A stretch of DNA of 63,136 bases, the filler included, from Candidatus Fermentibacterota bacterium (GTDB lineage Bacteria > JAFGKV01): assembly GCA_016928395.1 (NCBI GenBank). It is 8 parts of 8 records of this genome, joined end to end, with 100 filler letters (N's around TTAATTAATTAA, not from the genome) between each part and the next. Parts side by side here need not be neighbours in the genome. Positions count along the whole stretch, not along the records: positions 1 to 25,040 come from JAFGKV010000342.1; 7 more parts are not named here. One strand, given 5' to 3'. The position numbers were made by a program, and so were the translations under genes. A model generated the notes under the pieces. That model saw only the letters and a list, made by a program, of their open reading frames with translations. It searched no databases and had not been told where the DNA came from. Shown here piece after piece: positions 1 through 9,597 of this stretch. The first letter of the stretch is position 1. Each line of letters opens with the position of its first letter.

Positions 1-1236
1 CGCGGCATCCTCCAGTTCGGCGAATTCCATGTCATCGATAAAGCAGAGAGTCTCCGCAGCCAGCGCGTCTCCCGGCAGGATGGCGACGTCCACCGATAAC
101 CCGCGCAGAGAGCCCCTGATCTCGCGTCCACCTAGAAGCCCAGCCACGGTTACGTACTGCCCGAAGTACTGATTCTCCACAGCCACGACCGAGGCTCTGG
201 CGCCCCATCTTAGGTTCAAAGCCTGCACCACTCTGGACAAGACCGGTGAGAACAGCGTCCCCGTGATCAGAGCGATACGATGTGCCTGCCACCACGCTGG
301 CGCTGCGCGCCGTCGTATCCGTGCGGCATCCTCCAGAAACCGGCGCACCATGCCCACGCCGGTTAGAAGCTGAGGGAACTCACCGTACCGCTGCAGACTC
401 GGCACGGGTCGTCCCAACGCCAGATACACTTCGTCGGAGGCCTGCACCCACTCCGTCGCCGATGAAACGGCACTCCATCGCCGGGCCACCGCCAAGAGAT
501 GGCGGAGCTCGTCGGGGTTAGGCCGTCGGATTCGTGCCTCCGGCGTGTACCGAGTCGTGCCCACGGGCACCAGCGCAACCGACGCGACGCCCGGCCGCAG
601 GATGTCAAGATCGGCCAAGCTGCGCTCTAGGGCATCGCCATCATTGAGGCCGGGACAGACCACGATCTGCGTGTGCACCGTGATTCCGGCCGAGACCATG
701 GTACGCAGGGTCTCAAGGAGAGGGCGCGCTACGCGGACACCGAGCATTCGCCGACGAAGCGCCTCGTCGGTGGCCGGCACCGTGACATACAGGGGACTCA
801 GGCGATCCCGGATGATCCTCGCAAGTTCCGCGTCCGTCAGGGCTGAAAGGGTGACGTATGCGCCCGTGAGGAACGACATGCGATGGTCTTCATCGCGGAA
901 CAGGAGCGAAGGCCGAGCCTGGGGTGGGTTCTGCTTGCAGAAGCAGTACACGCAGTCGTTGCTGCAGCGCTGTGGGGTGATCGCCTCCATCCGGATATCG
1001 TGAAGCAGCCCTTCGGGGTCTTCCACGGTGATGATGCGGTGTCCGCCCTGCCCGTGGGTAGTCACGGCAACAGGTCCGGATGCCGATGAGAGCGAGAAGG
1101 TCACGGCCAAGCAGTCCTCTACGGCAAGGCCCGCCGTTGTGGTGATCCTGTCACCCGGCCGCAGGCCCAGTCCCCATGCCTCCGATGAAACCTCTACAGC
1201 CGTAACTACAACACCGGGGGGAAAAGATGTAGACAT
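1..1236 (-). CDS. DUF512-family PDZ + radical SAM-like Fe-S protein (3' end runs off the window)
   Basis: Not in the ORF track. My translation from ATG 1236 reads MSTSFPPGVVVTAVEVSSEAWGLGLRPGDRIT (PDZ-like), CSNDCVYC (CxxxCxxC), FRDEDHRMSFLTGAYVTL, HTQIVVCPGLNDG, VPVG, ASDEVYL, NQYFGQYVTVAGLL and FIDD. No stop was seen in the segments translated down to base 1. Confidence 0.88.
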   Translation of the reverse strand, partial: MSTSFPPGVVVTAVEVSSEAWGLGLRPGDRITTTAGLAVEDCLAVTFSLSSASGPVAVTTHGQGGHRIITVEDPEGLLHDIRMEAITPQRCSNDCVYCFCKQNPPQARPSLLFRDEDHRMSFLTGAYVTLSALTDAELARIIRDRLSPLYVTVPATDEALRRRMLGVRVARPLLETLRTMVSAGITVHTQIVVCPGLNDGDALERSLADLDILRPGVASVALVPVGTTRYTPEARIRRPNPDELRHLLAVARRWSAVSSATEWVQASDEVYLALGRPVPSLQRYGEFPQLLTGVGMVRRFLEDAARIRRRAAPAWWQAHRIALITGTLFSPVLSRVVQALNLRWGARASVVAVENQYFGQYVTVAGLLGGREIRGSLRGLSVDVAILPGDALAAETLCFIDDMEFAELEDAA

Positions 1237-1279
1237 ACGGCGTGGGCTCGCTGCGCGGAATGAGGGCCTTCACCGTGGC

Positions 1280-1305
1280 GCGGGGCTCGGGAATGAGAAC
1301 CCCGC
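1280..1305 (-). terminator. GC-rich hairpin just downstream of tRNA-Lys (terminator or processing stem)
   Basis: Minus strand GCGGGGTTC-N8-GAGCCCCGC; no clear U tract. Confidence 0.35.
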
Positions 1306-1315
1306 CGGCATGTTC

Positions 1316-1391
1316 TGGTACGCCGCCCAGGAATCGAACCTGGAACCTTGTGATTAAGAGTCACCTGCTCTACCGGTTGAGCTAGCGGCGC
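1316..1391 (-). tRNA. tRNA-Lys(CTT)
   Basis: Reverse complement GCGCCGCTAGCTCAACCGGTAGAGCAGGTGACTCTTAATCACAAGGTTCCAGGTTCGATTCCTGGGCGGCGTACCA: 76 nt cloverleaf, anticodon CTT, TTCGA T-loop, encoded CCA. Confidence 0.97.
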
Positions 1392-1605
1392 ATCCGGTGT
1401 ACGTCCCGTCACCAGCGCGGTGAGGCCTGGCAAGCAACGCGATCCCATGGCCATGTCAAGGAGCGGGGGCGAATCCGCCTGCACCCGGGCCTTGACCGGC
1501 AGACGTAAGAATGGCATCCTTTCTCCGTCTCGCAGGGTTCTCCGCCACGGGAGTCATCCCTGTCACCGGCATCACGCGCCACCATCGCCAATTCGAGGAG
1601 GCATC

Positions 1606-2136
1606 ATGAAACTCACAGTCATCGCCCTGGCGCTCTTCCTTGTCGCGCCGTCCCACGCCCTTGACTTAGCGGGCCGCGCCCTTGACTACGGCGTCAGTGA
1701 GCTGGGAATGGCGGGAGCCTATCTCCATGTCGCCGACAGTGACGATCACCTCCTGGAGGTCGAGCTGAGAGCGGGAAGAATGATGGGTGCGGGCATGGAG
1801 CTGGAGATCGAGGGAACCCTCCAGCGCACGTGGGACGACGACGGGTCGGCGACGTCCTTGGGAGCCACGGGCTCGTTCCTGTACAATATCCGCACCTATG
1901 CGAGCTGGGTACCGTTCTTCCTGGGCGGCGGAGGTCTCTCGTACGAACGATCCTCCTTCGGCAGTCAGACATGGTCCGAGACGGATGCCGTGGTGCAGTT
2001 CGGGCTCGGCACCAGGTTCTTCTTCACCGACAGCGGCGCCCTCAGGCTGGAGTACCGGTTCCGAAGCCGCCTGGCCGACCCTGAGAGCATCAACAGCCAC
2101 CGTCTGCTGGCGGGCCTGTCGGTATTCCTGGGATAG
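1606..2136 (+). CDS. Outer-membrane beta-barrel protein (OmpA/OmpW-like transmembrane domain)
   Basis: GAGGAGG RBS before ATG 1606; signal peptide MKLTVIALALFLVAPSHA; alternating beta-strand pattern (VPFFLGGGG, FGLGTRFF, LRLEYR); C-terminal GLSVFLG. Confidence 0.8.
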   Translation: MKLTVIALALFLVAPSHALDLAGRALDYGVSELGMAGAYLHVADSDDHLLEVELRAGRMMGAGMELEIEGTLQRTWDDDGSATSLGATGSFLYNIRTYASWVPFFLGGGGLSYERSSFGSQTWSETDAVVQFGLGTRFFFTDSGALRLEYRFRSRLADPESINSHRLLAGLSVFLG

Positions 2137-2180
2137 AGGCGTCAGCCCGCCGCCAGACGCGTCTTGACGCGCACGGACGA

Positions 2181-2906
2181 GTGTCTGTGAGACCGGCTAC
2201 CATCGCATGTGTTCTGGCGGTGGTCAGCATTGTAGTCTCCGTGATCCCCCGGATCGACATCACGGTCGCGGCATATCTGGCGTGCCCGGGGGATACGGTC
2301 TGGTGTCACAAAGCAGACCAGCCGTGGGAGTGGCTGTATCGCTTCGGCCCCCTGCCACCGGTGGCGTGCGGTGTGGTCGGCATTGGTCTTGCTCTGGCGG
2401 GCGGGGTGCGACGGAATCGCCCCGTGCGCACCGCCGGCATCTTCCTGGCAGCAAACCTGCTACTGGGCCCCGGCATCTTGGGCAATAGCACCAAATTCCT
2501 TTGGGGCAGGCCACGGCCGCGGCACATCGAGCAATTCGGCGGCACCCAGCAGTATCGGCCCGTGTGGGCGCCGCGTCCCGGTGCACGGGGCACATCGTTC
2601 CCCTCCGGGCACGTGGTAACGGCGTTCTCCCTGGGCGGTATATCCGTTCTTGCTGCGTCTCCCGTTGCCAGGGGGGCGCTTGTGCTGGCATCGCTCGTGT
2701 ATGGAACCCTGATGGGCATTGCCCGTATGACGCAAGGCGCGCACTTCGCTACCGATGTGACATGGTCGGCGACTTTGGCCTGGGTCGCCATCGCCATGGC
2801 TGCACGGGCAGCCTTCGCCCGAGAAAGGCCCTCGGGCCGCCCGAGTCACGGCGGCGATGGGCAGAGTGAGGGGCGCCGCTCCTCACCGGCGCCGCCGGTG
2901 AGGTAG
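2181..2906 (+). CDS. PAP2-family membrane phosphatase
   Basis: Motifs KFLWGRPRP, SFPSGH and ARMTQGAHFATDV with several transmembrane segments. Confidence 0.9.
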   Translation: MSVRPATIACVLAVVSIVVSVIPRIDITVAAYLACPGDTVWCHKADQPWEWLYRFGPLPPVACGVVGIGLALAGGVRRNRPVRTAGIFLAANLLLGPGILGNSTKFLWGRPRPRHIEQFGGTQQYRPVWAPRPGARGTSFPSGHVVTAFSLGGISVLAASPVARGALVLASLVYGTLMGIARMTQGAHFATDVTWSATLAWVAIAMAARAAFARERPSGRPSHGGDGQSEGRRSSPAPPVR

Positions 2907-3727
2907 TCTTTCAGGGCATCGCTCCACGGGCGCAAATCGCCACCTGTCGCCTCGCGGTAGGTGAGCGTGCTCAGCACGGAATAGGCGGGCCGTGGAGCGG
3001 GCCGTGCCACATCCTCGCTGGTGCAGGGTTGTACTCCATCCGGATCGAGGCCCGCCAGCTCCACCGTTCTCCTAGCCAGCTCAAACCAGGTGGCCTCCCC
3101 GGTATTCACCAGGTGGAACCACCCCACGGCCTCCCGCTGCAGCAGCGCGTCAACGCCCTCCGCCACATCGCGGGCATAGGTCGGGCAGCCCGTCTGGTCA
3201 TTCACAACGCGCAGCGGTAGACCCTCCCGGGCTTTCTTGAGAATGGTACCGACGAAATGCGTACCGCCTTCCCCGTACAGCCAGGCCGTGCGCGCGATGA
3301 TCCAGCGTGGCGCCAACGCCTCCACAAAACGCTCGCCACCCCATTTGGCAAGGCCATACGCAGAAAGAGGATCCCCCGTCTCCCACGCCTCGATGGGCCG
3401 GCGCATGCGGCGGGGGCCGAACACAAAGTCGGTTGAGATGTACACGAGGCCGGCGCCACAGCGGGCGCAGGCCTCCGCCACATACCGTGTCCCCATTGCA
3501 TTAATGCGGTAGGCCCGTGTGGGGTTCTGTTCGCAGCCGTCCACATTAGTCATCGCCGCCGTGTGTACGACCCACTCTGGAGCGGCGCCGGCAAGAGCAT
3601 CGAGAACCCCCTCCCTATCTTCCAGGGAGAAAGACGGCTCGGTCAAGGCGCAGAGATCGTGGTCTGCCAGCCGCGCCATCAGGGCCTGTCCCAGCATCCC
3701 GTCGGCGCCGGTAAGGGCGATCCTCAC
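2846..3727 (-). CDS. rfbD: dTDP-4-dehydrorhamnose reductase
   Basis: GADGMLG Rossmann motif, HTAAMTNVDGCE, YISTDFVF, YGLAK, VVNDQTGCPT, RPAPRPAYSVL. Confidence 0.95.
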   Translation of the reverse strand: MRIALTGADGMLGQALMARLADHDLCALTEPSFSLEDREGVLDALAGAAPEWVVHTAAMTNVDGCEQNPTRAYRINAMGTRYVAEACARCGAGLVYISTDFVFGPRRMRRPIEAWETGDPLSAYGLAKWGGERFVEALAPRWIIARTAWLYGEGGTHFVGTILKKAREGLPLRVVNDQTGCPTYARDVAEGVDALLQREAVGWFHLVNTGEATWFELARRTVELAGLDPDGVQPCTSEDVARPAPRPAYSVLSTLTYREATGGDLRPWSDALKDYLTGGAGEERRPSLCPSPP

Positions 3728-4464
3728 GGCCGGACATGCCCTTCCTTGACCCAGCTTGCCACCATGTTCGCGGCGCGCAGCAGCGAATCAAAGGAGGTTC
3801 CCGCGTCGGTCCACCAGCAGTCCAGCACCTCGAAGGTCATAGCGCCGGATGAAATAAAGCTGTTATTCACGTCGGTGATCTCCAGCTCCCCCCGGCCTGA
3901 AGGCTTCAACGTCTGGATGATGTCAAACACCGAGCTGTCATACATGTAGATGCCTACCACCGCCAAATCGGATTGCGGATTCGCCGGCTTCTCCTCGATG
4001 GCCACGACTCGGTCGCCCTCCACGGTCGCCACACCGAAACGGTGGGCATCAGGCACGCGTTTCAGGAAGATCTTGGCCCCGCCTGGCTGCGCCTCAAACG
4101 CCCGCACCGCATTGCCGATGGAACCGCCGATGATATTGTCGCCCAGCAGCACGACGATGCGCTCGTCTTCGGCAAAGTCCCGCGCCAAAGAGAGCGCCTC
4201 GGCAATGCCGCCCTCCCCCTCCTGATAGGTGTAGTTGAGATGGCTCAATCCGAATTGCTTGCCATTGCCCAGGAGCCGCAAGAAATCCCCCGCATTGCTG
4301 CCGCCGGTGACGACAAGGATGTCGCGAATCCCGCCCTCCACCATCGTCTCGATGGGAAAGTAGATCATCGGCCGGTTGTACACGGGGAGGAGATGCTTGT
4401 TGGTGACCTTGGTCAGGGGCATGAGCCGGGTGCCGAGGCCGCCCGCGAGGACTATGCCTTTCAT
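3724..4464 (-). CDS. rfbA: Glucose-1-phosphate thymidylyltransferase-like sugar nucleotidyltransferase
   Basis: MKGIVLAGGLGTRLMPLT, KHLLPVY, LGDN, EEKP, SGRGELEITD, WTDAGT; stop/start overlap with rfbD. Confidence 0.88.
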   Translation of the reverse strand: MKGIVLAGGLGTRLMPLTKVTNKHLLPVYNRPMIYFPIETMVEGGIRDILVVTGGSNAGDFLRLLGNGKQFGLSHLNYTYQEGEGGIAEALSLARDFAEDERIVVLLGDNIIGGSIGNAVRAFEAQPGGAKIFLKRVPDAHRFGVATVEGDRVVAIEEKPANPQSDLAVVGIYMYDSSVFDIIQTLKPSGRGELEITDVNNSFISSGAMTFEVLDCWWTDAGTSFDSLLRAANMVASWVKEGHVRP

Positions 4465-4910
4465 GTGAAGCCTCCATCTGAAATGGCGGATGGTTCCGCG
4501 AACAATGTTTCGATTGCCTGTGATTCCAGCGACCGCATCAGCGTGGTGCTCGGCGTCTCATTGGCCATGGCATGGGTGGCACACTGGGCCAGAGCCTCCA
4601 CTTCAGCGGGACCGAGGGTGGCCGCAAGTTCCAGTGCTCTGGTGACGAGGCCGTCACCAAGAAGCAATGCACGGCCTCCCGAGGCGCCCTGGGCCAAAGA
4701 TTGTGCCTGAAGATCGAGGCCGACGCCCAGGCATGCCAGCGCGATGCCCAGCATCGCGGCATCAGGCCCCGGGGGGCACCGATCCACCACGGCCTTGAAT
4801 AGGGGGAGGCCATCCTCCAACGCGCAGCGGGCTGCCGTCATCATGGCATCCAAACGCCCCTGCCCCCACGCCTCGGGGCATGCATACTCCACCGCCTCGG
4901 GCCACGTCAC
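4461..4910 (-). CDS. Hypothetical protein with weak polyprenyl-synthase-like helix
   Basis: 4-nt overlaps with both alaS and rfbA; ALLLGDGLVTRALELAA resembles the AVLxGDxLxxxA segment of prenyl synthases. Confidence 0.6.
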   Translation of the reverse strand: MTWPEAVEYACPEAWGQGRLDAMMTAARCALEDGLPLFKAVVDRCPPGPDAAMLGIALACLGVGLDLQAQSLAQGASGGRALLLGDGLVTRALELAATLGPAEVEALAQCATHAMANETPSTTLMRSLESQAIETLFAEPSAISDGGFT

Positions 4911-7528
4911 GATCGGGCCTCGCGAATCAGGCCCTCCGCCGTGTGGCCAAGGGACGAAAGCACCGCCAGGGCCTGTTCGGAGAGATGCGCGCCGGCTTCG
5001 GCGAGATGCGGACGGCCACCGCCCTTCCCGCCGGAAGCCAGGGCCAGCCCCGCCGCCAGCCGTCCCGCATGGACTCCCTCTCTCACAAGGTCATCCGATA
5101 CTGCCACGAGGAAGTGCACATCAGTTTCGGTCCGCGCAGCGGCGACCAGCACCGCGCGCGCGTACACCTCCCGCGCCACATCCCCCGCGGCCCGCAGCTC
5201 GGCGCGGCCCGCGCCCTCAAACTCCGCAGCCCCGAGGCGAATCCCTTGGATATCCGAGGCCCCGTCCAGAACCCGGCGAACCGATGCCCTCACCGCTGCG
5301 GCCTTGGCGTGGGCCAGCTCTCCTTCCAGTTCTTTGGCCCGGTCCCGAAGACGCTGCACCCTTTCGACAGGGTCTTCTCCCCTGCCGCCCAGCACGGAGG
5401 CGATGGCCTCAATTCTGTCTTCCAGCAGGGTGGCGCGTTCCAGCAACGCCATGCCGCTGACCGCTTCGATGCGACGCGTTCCCGCGGCGATGCCGCTCTC
5501 GGAGAGAATCCTGAAGGGACCAATCCTCGCGGTGTGATCCATGTGGGTGCCGCCACAGAGTTCCATGCTGACGCCGGGTACCGCTACTACCCGGACCCTC
5601 TCTCCATACTTCTCTCCGAAAAACGCCATGGCCCCGGCGGAACGCGCCTCTTCGATGGGCACTTCGGTACGAATCGTCACGGGGCGATCATCATCGACCC
5701 AGCCGTTGACCATGTCTTGCACGCGGAGGATCTCGTCGCTGTTCATGGCCTGGAAGTGAGTGAAGTCGAACCGAAGCCGGTCCGGCGCCACCAGGGATCC
5801 CGCCTGTCTCACATGGGCGCCCAAGACGTGGCGTAAGGCGGCATGCAGCAAGTGCGTGGCCGTGTGATGGGCCTGGACCCGAATGCGTCGGCGACGGTCA
5901 ACCGCGGCATGCACGGCGAGGCCTGGGCGGATGTCTCCCTTTTCCACCCGTGACCGAAGCGCGATGCCGTCCTCGGTATGTACCGCCTGAAGCACACGAG
6001 CCTCTACGCCGTCGGCGCTGATGGCTCCCTCATCCGAGACCTGGCCTCCGCCCTCCGCGTAGAACGGGCTTTCCTGCACGACGAGCCATCCCTCCTCACC
6101 CTGCGGGATGCCTCGCGCGGGTTCGGTGGATACCACCGTGGTGTCGGTCTCTAATGCTTCATAGCCCACAAAACAGCCGCCGCCGGTCCGGAAAGAGGCC
6201 TCCTCGAGCGAGTCCGAGGCCGTGCGACGGGAGAGCGCGCGCTGCTGGTCCATGCGGGCGGCAAATCCGTCCATGTCGACATCCAGTCCCTCCTCCCTCG
6301 CCATGAGATGGGTCAGGTCGGGAGGGAACCCATAGGTATCATAAAGCCGGAATACGATGTCTCCCGGTATGACCGAACCCCCCCGAGAGCGGACTACGCC
6401 GCGTTCGCGCTGAAACAGCGCCAGGCCCCGGTCAAGGGTGGCAGCGAAGCTCCTCTCTTCTCCTTCTATAACTCCCTCTATATGGGAGGCCGCCGCCCGA
6501 AGCTCGGGATAGTCCGCCACCATGGTCTTCACCACGGCGGGGGACAACCGGTGGAGGAACGGCTCGGCAAGGCCAAGTTTCCTGCCATAGCGGGATGCCC
6601 GGCGTAGAATGCGCCGCAGCACATAGCCTCGCCCGTCATTGGCGGGCTGAACCCCGTCTGCGATGGCGAAGGTGAGGGCGCGGACATGGTCTGCAATGGC
6701 ACGGAAAGCCACGGGATCGCTCTCCACCGTGTGATTCCCATCCAGGAGCCGGCGAAGCGCGTCCATGATTGGCGTAAACAGGTCGGTTCGATAGTTGCCC
6801 TCTACGCCCTGCAACAGCGCCAGCAGCCGTTCGAATCCCATGCCGGTGTCTACGAATCGATCCGTCAGGGGCGTCAGGGAGCCGTCAGACCCCCGGCGGA
6901 ACTGGATGAAGACCAAATTCCACAACTCAATCCACCGATGAGACGTACCGTCATTGGGGCCGCTGGAGGGGAATTCGGGACCGTGGGCGGGCCCCAGGTC
7001 ATAGTGAATCTCCGTGCAGGGGCCGCACGGACCGACCTCGCCCATTTCCCAGAAGTTGTCCTTGTCGCCGAACGGCAGCACCCGTGCCGGAGGAATCCCC
7101 GTGACTCTCGGCCACAGGTCTCGGGCCTCGTGGTCGTCCTTGTGGACCGTTGCCCAGAGCCGGCCGGGATCAAGTCCCAGTTCGCGGGTCAAGTAGGTCC
7201 ATGCGAATTGGATGGCCTCGGCCTTGTAGTAGTCGGCAAACGACCAATTCCCCAGCATCTCGAAGAAGGTGTGGTGATGCTCGTCCGTGCCAACCTCTTC
7301 CAGGTCATTGTGCTTGCCCGAGACCCGAAGACACTTCTGGACCGTTGCCACCCGGGGGGCGGGAGCAGCCGCCTCCCCCAGGAAGGCACCCTTGAACTGG
7401 TTCATCCCCGCATTGGAGAACAACAGTGTCGGATCACCGTGAGGCACCAGGGAGGTCCCGGGCACGATGGTGTGGCCCACCCCGCGAAAGTAGTCAAGAA
7501 AACTCCTGCGCAGCTCATGGCTCGTCAT
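4907..7528 (-). CDS. alaS: Alanine--tRNA ligase
   Basis: [70 protein letters not shown]. The ORF-track alternative start is 7549. Confidence 0.98.
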   Translation of the reverse strand: MTSHELRRSFLDYFRGVGHTIVPGTSLVPHGDPTLLFSNAGMNQFKGAFLGEAAAPAPRVATVQKCLRVSGKHNDLEEVGTDEHHHTFFEMLGNWSFADYYKAEAIQFAWTYLTRELGLDPGRLWATVHKDDHEARDLWPRVTGIPPARVLPFGDKDNFWEMGEVGPCGPCTEIHYDLGPAHGPEFPSSGPNDGTSHRWIELWNLVFIQFRRGSDGSLTPLTDRFVDTGMGFERLLALLQGVEGNYRTDLFTPIMDALRRLLDGNHTVESDPVAFRAIADHVRALTFAIADGVQPANDGRGYVLRRILRRASRYGRKLGLAEPFLHRLSPAVVKTMVADYPELRAAASHIEGVIEGEERSFAATLDRGLALFQRERGVVRSRGGSVIPGDIVFRLYDTYGFPPDLTHLMAREEGLDVDMDGFAARMDQQRALSRRTASDSLEEASFRTGGGCFVGYEALETDTTVVSTEPARGIPQGEEGWLVVQESPFYAEGGGQVSDEGAISADGVEARVLQAVHTEDGIALRSRVEKGDIRPGLAVHAAVDRRRRIRVQAHHTATHLLHAALRHVLGAHVRQAGSLVAPDRLRFDFTHFQAMNSDEILRVQDMVNGWVDDDRPVTIRTEVPIEEARSAGAMAFFGEKYGERVRVVAVPGVSMELCGGTHMDHTARIGPFRILSESGIAAGTRRIEAVSGMALLERATLLEDRIEAIASVLGGRGEDPVERVQRLRDRAKELEGELAHAKAAAVRASVRRVLDGASDIQGIRLGAAEFEGAGRAELRAAGDVAREVYARAVLVAAARTETDVHFLVAVSDDLVREGVHAGRLAAGLALASGGKGGGRPHLAEAGAHLSEQALAVLSSLGHTAEGLIREARS

Positions 7529-8015
7529 ATGACGATTCCCTTCCATCATCTCGACGCGGCTCCACCGATTGGAGCGCCGTGCGTATCGCTTCCCAACCGA
7601 ATCCCCTGGCCCGAAGATGCCGGGCCAGGGATTCCCTCCAGGCGTTCTTGGCCCGATGACGCGCGCACCACGCCGATGCGGCGTGCCGGGCCTGGTTCAG
7701 CTCCCATTCGTGGGTGAGGGCGCCAAAACACTCATCAATCAAGTCCGGCGCAATGCCCTTGGCGAACAGCCTGGCTTTGATCCGGGCGGGGCCGGACGCG
7801 CCGCTGGCCAGCTCGCGCTCCACGAGGAGACGGGCCATTCGTCGGTCGTCCAGCAATCCCAGCTCAAGAAGCCGGGGTACGAGCGCGTCTATATCGGCCC
7901 GAGCATACCCTCTGGCGGCAAGTTTCTGGCGCAGTTCCGCGCTGCTGTGGTCGCGCCGCGCCAACAGCGACAGCGCGGCGTCTTTGGCCGATCTCTCAGG
8001 CCGCACCCTCGTCAC
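7515..8015 (-). CDS. recX: Regulatory protein RecX
   Basis: [47 protein letters not shown]; directly follows recA. Start placed at GTG 8015 (8006 also possible). Confidence 0.9.
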   Translation of the reverse strand: MTRVRPERSAKDAALSLLARRDHSSAELRQKLAARGYARADIDALVPRLLELGLLDDRRMARLLVERELASGASGPARIKARLFAKGIAPDLIDECFGALTHEWELNQARHAASAWCARHRAKNAWRESLARHLRARGFGWEAIRTALQSVEPRRDDGRESSYDEP

Positions 8016-9027
8016 GAGACTCCTGGGGCACAAGGCCCATCTTTCCCCGCAGAATCTGATCGAGCTGCGAGACAGCGTCCGGGTTCTGCCGGAGGTAGTC
8101 TTTGGCATTTTCCCGGCCCTGGCCCAGCTTGATGTCGCCCCACGAGTACCATGACCCGACCTTCTCGATGACCTTGTGGGCCACGCCGCAATCCACCAAA
8201 TCGCCTTCGCGGGAGATGCCCGTTCCGTAGATGATATCGAACTCCGCCTCCCGGAACGGAGGCGCCACCTTGTTCTTCACCACCTTCACCTTGGTGCGCG
8301 ACCCCACGACCTCCTCGCCCACCTTGATCGTGGCGATCCTCCGGATATCCAGGCGCTGGCTGGCATAGAACTTAAGGGCATTGCCGCCGGTGGTGGTCTC
8401 CGGGCTGCCGAACATCACGCCGATCTTCATACGAATCTGGTTGATGAAAATGGCGCAGGTATGCGATTTGCTGATGGCGGCCGCCAGCTTGCGAAGGGCC
8501 TGCGACATGAGACGGGCCTGAAGGCCGACATGGGCATCACCCATCTCCCCTTCAATCTCAGCCTTAGGCACCAAAGCCGCAACTGAATCGACGGTCACGA
8601 CATCCACGGCGCCGGAGCGAACCAACATCTCTGCGATTTCCAGCGCCTGCTCGCCGGTATCGGGTTGGGAGATAAGAAGATTGTCGATGTCGACGCCCAT
8701 ATTGTGGGCATACTTGGCATCGAAGGCGTGTTCCGCGTCAATGAACGCAGCCACGCCGCCCAGCTTCTGGGCATTGGCCACCACGTGCAAAGCCAGCGTC
8801 GTCTTACCCGATGACTCCGGGCCGAAGATCTCGATGACCCGGCCCCGCGGCACGCCGCCGACGCCCAGGGCCATATCCAGGGCCAGAGATCCCGTGGGAA
8901 TCGCCTCGACGGCGACCCGGGCGTGTTCCCCCATGCGCATTATGGAGCCCTTGCCGAACTGACGTTCGATTTGCCCCACGGCCATATCCAGCGCCTTCTT
9001 GCGTCCTTCTGCCGGACCTCGTTCCAT
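7996..9027 (-). CDS. recA: Recombinase RecA
   Basis: [59 protein letters not shown]. Confidence 0.99.
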   Translation of the reverse strand: MERGPAEGRKKALDMAVGQIERQFGKGSIMRMGEHARVAVEAIPTGSLALDMALGVGGVPRGRVIEIFGPESSGKTTLALHVVANAQKLGGVAAFIDAEHAFDAKYAHNMGVDIDNLLISQPDTGEQALEIAEMLVRSGAVDVVTVDSVAALVPKAEIEGEMGDAHVGLQARLMSQALRKLAAAISKSHTCAIFINQIRMKIGVMFGSPETTTGGNALKFYASQRLDIRRIATIKVGEEVVGSRTKVKVVKNKVAPPFREAEFDIIYGTGISREGDLVDCGVAHKVIEKVGSWYSWGDIKLGQGRENAKDYLRQNPDAVSQLDQILRGKMGLVPQESRDEGAA

Positions 9028-9030
9028 GAT

Positions 9031-9597
9031 CTACTCCTTGCGGGCCTTTCCCAGTGGATATGACCCCCTGTCAGTGTAGAGACTCCCCCCCGGCGCCAGC
9101 GTGCTCTGCTTGAGTACGAGCCGCGCTACCGGGAAGTCTATGACGGGCACCGCCATCCCCTCGATCCGGGGGCCGCGGAGCATTCCCTTGATCCTACCCA
9201 CGGTGAGATGGGCCGTGAACGGCCGGTCGTCGCGGCCGAAACCGTCGGCATCCAGCTCGTCCTCAACCGTGCGTTGCACCAGTCGGAGATCCTCACTTCC
9301 GACGGTCACTCCGACCCACACCACCCGCGGATTGCGCGAGGAGGGATAGCAGCCGACTCCTTCCAGCCGCGCCGCGAACGGCTCGTGACGCACGGCAGCC
9401 CGCGCCACGGCCTCGCATACCCGGGCCGTATCCTCCTCCGAGATTTCTCCAAGAAACCGAAGCGTGACATGCAGCTTGCTCACGGTCTCCCACCGGATCC
9501 CGCTCCATTGCCCCCGGGCGGCGGATATGGCGTGCACCAGTTCTTCCCGTGCCGCCAGAGGAGGCTCGACCGCCACAAAGACACGCTGTGCACTCAT
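9031..9597 (-). CDS. thpR: RNA 2',3'-cyclic phosphodiesterase (2'-5' RNA ligase family)
   Basis: Two 2H motifs (HVTL, HLTV), PRVVWVG; usual cinA-thpR-recA order. Confidence 0.93.
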   Translation of the reverse strand: MSAQRVFVAVEPPLAAREELVHAISAARGQWSGIRWETVSKLHVTLRFLGEISEEDTARVCEAVARAAVRHEPFAARLEGVGCYPSSRNPRVVWVGVTVGSEDLRLVQRTVEDELDADGFGRDDRPFTAHLTVGRIKGMLRGPRIEGMAVPVIDFPVARLVLKQSTLAPGGSLYTDRGSYPLGKARKE

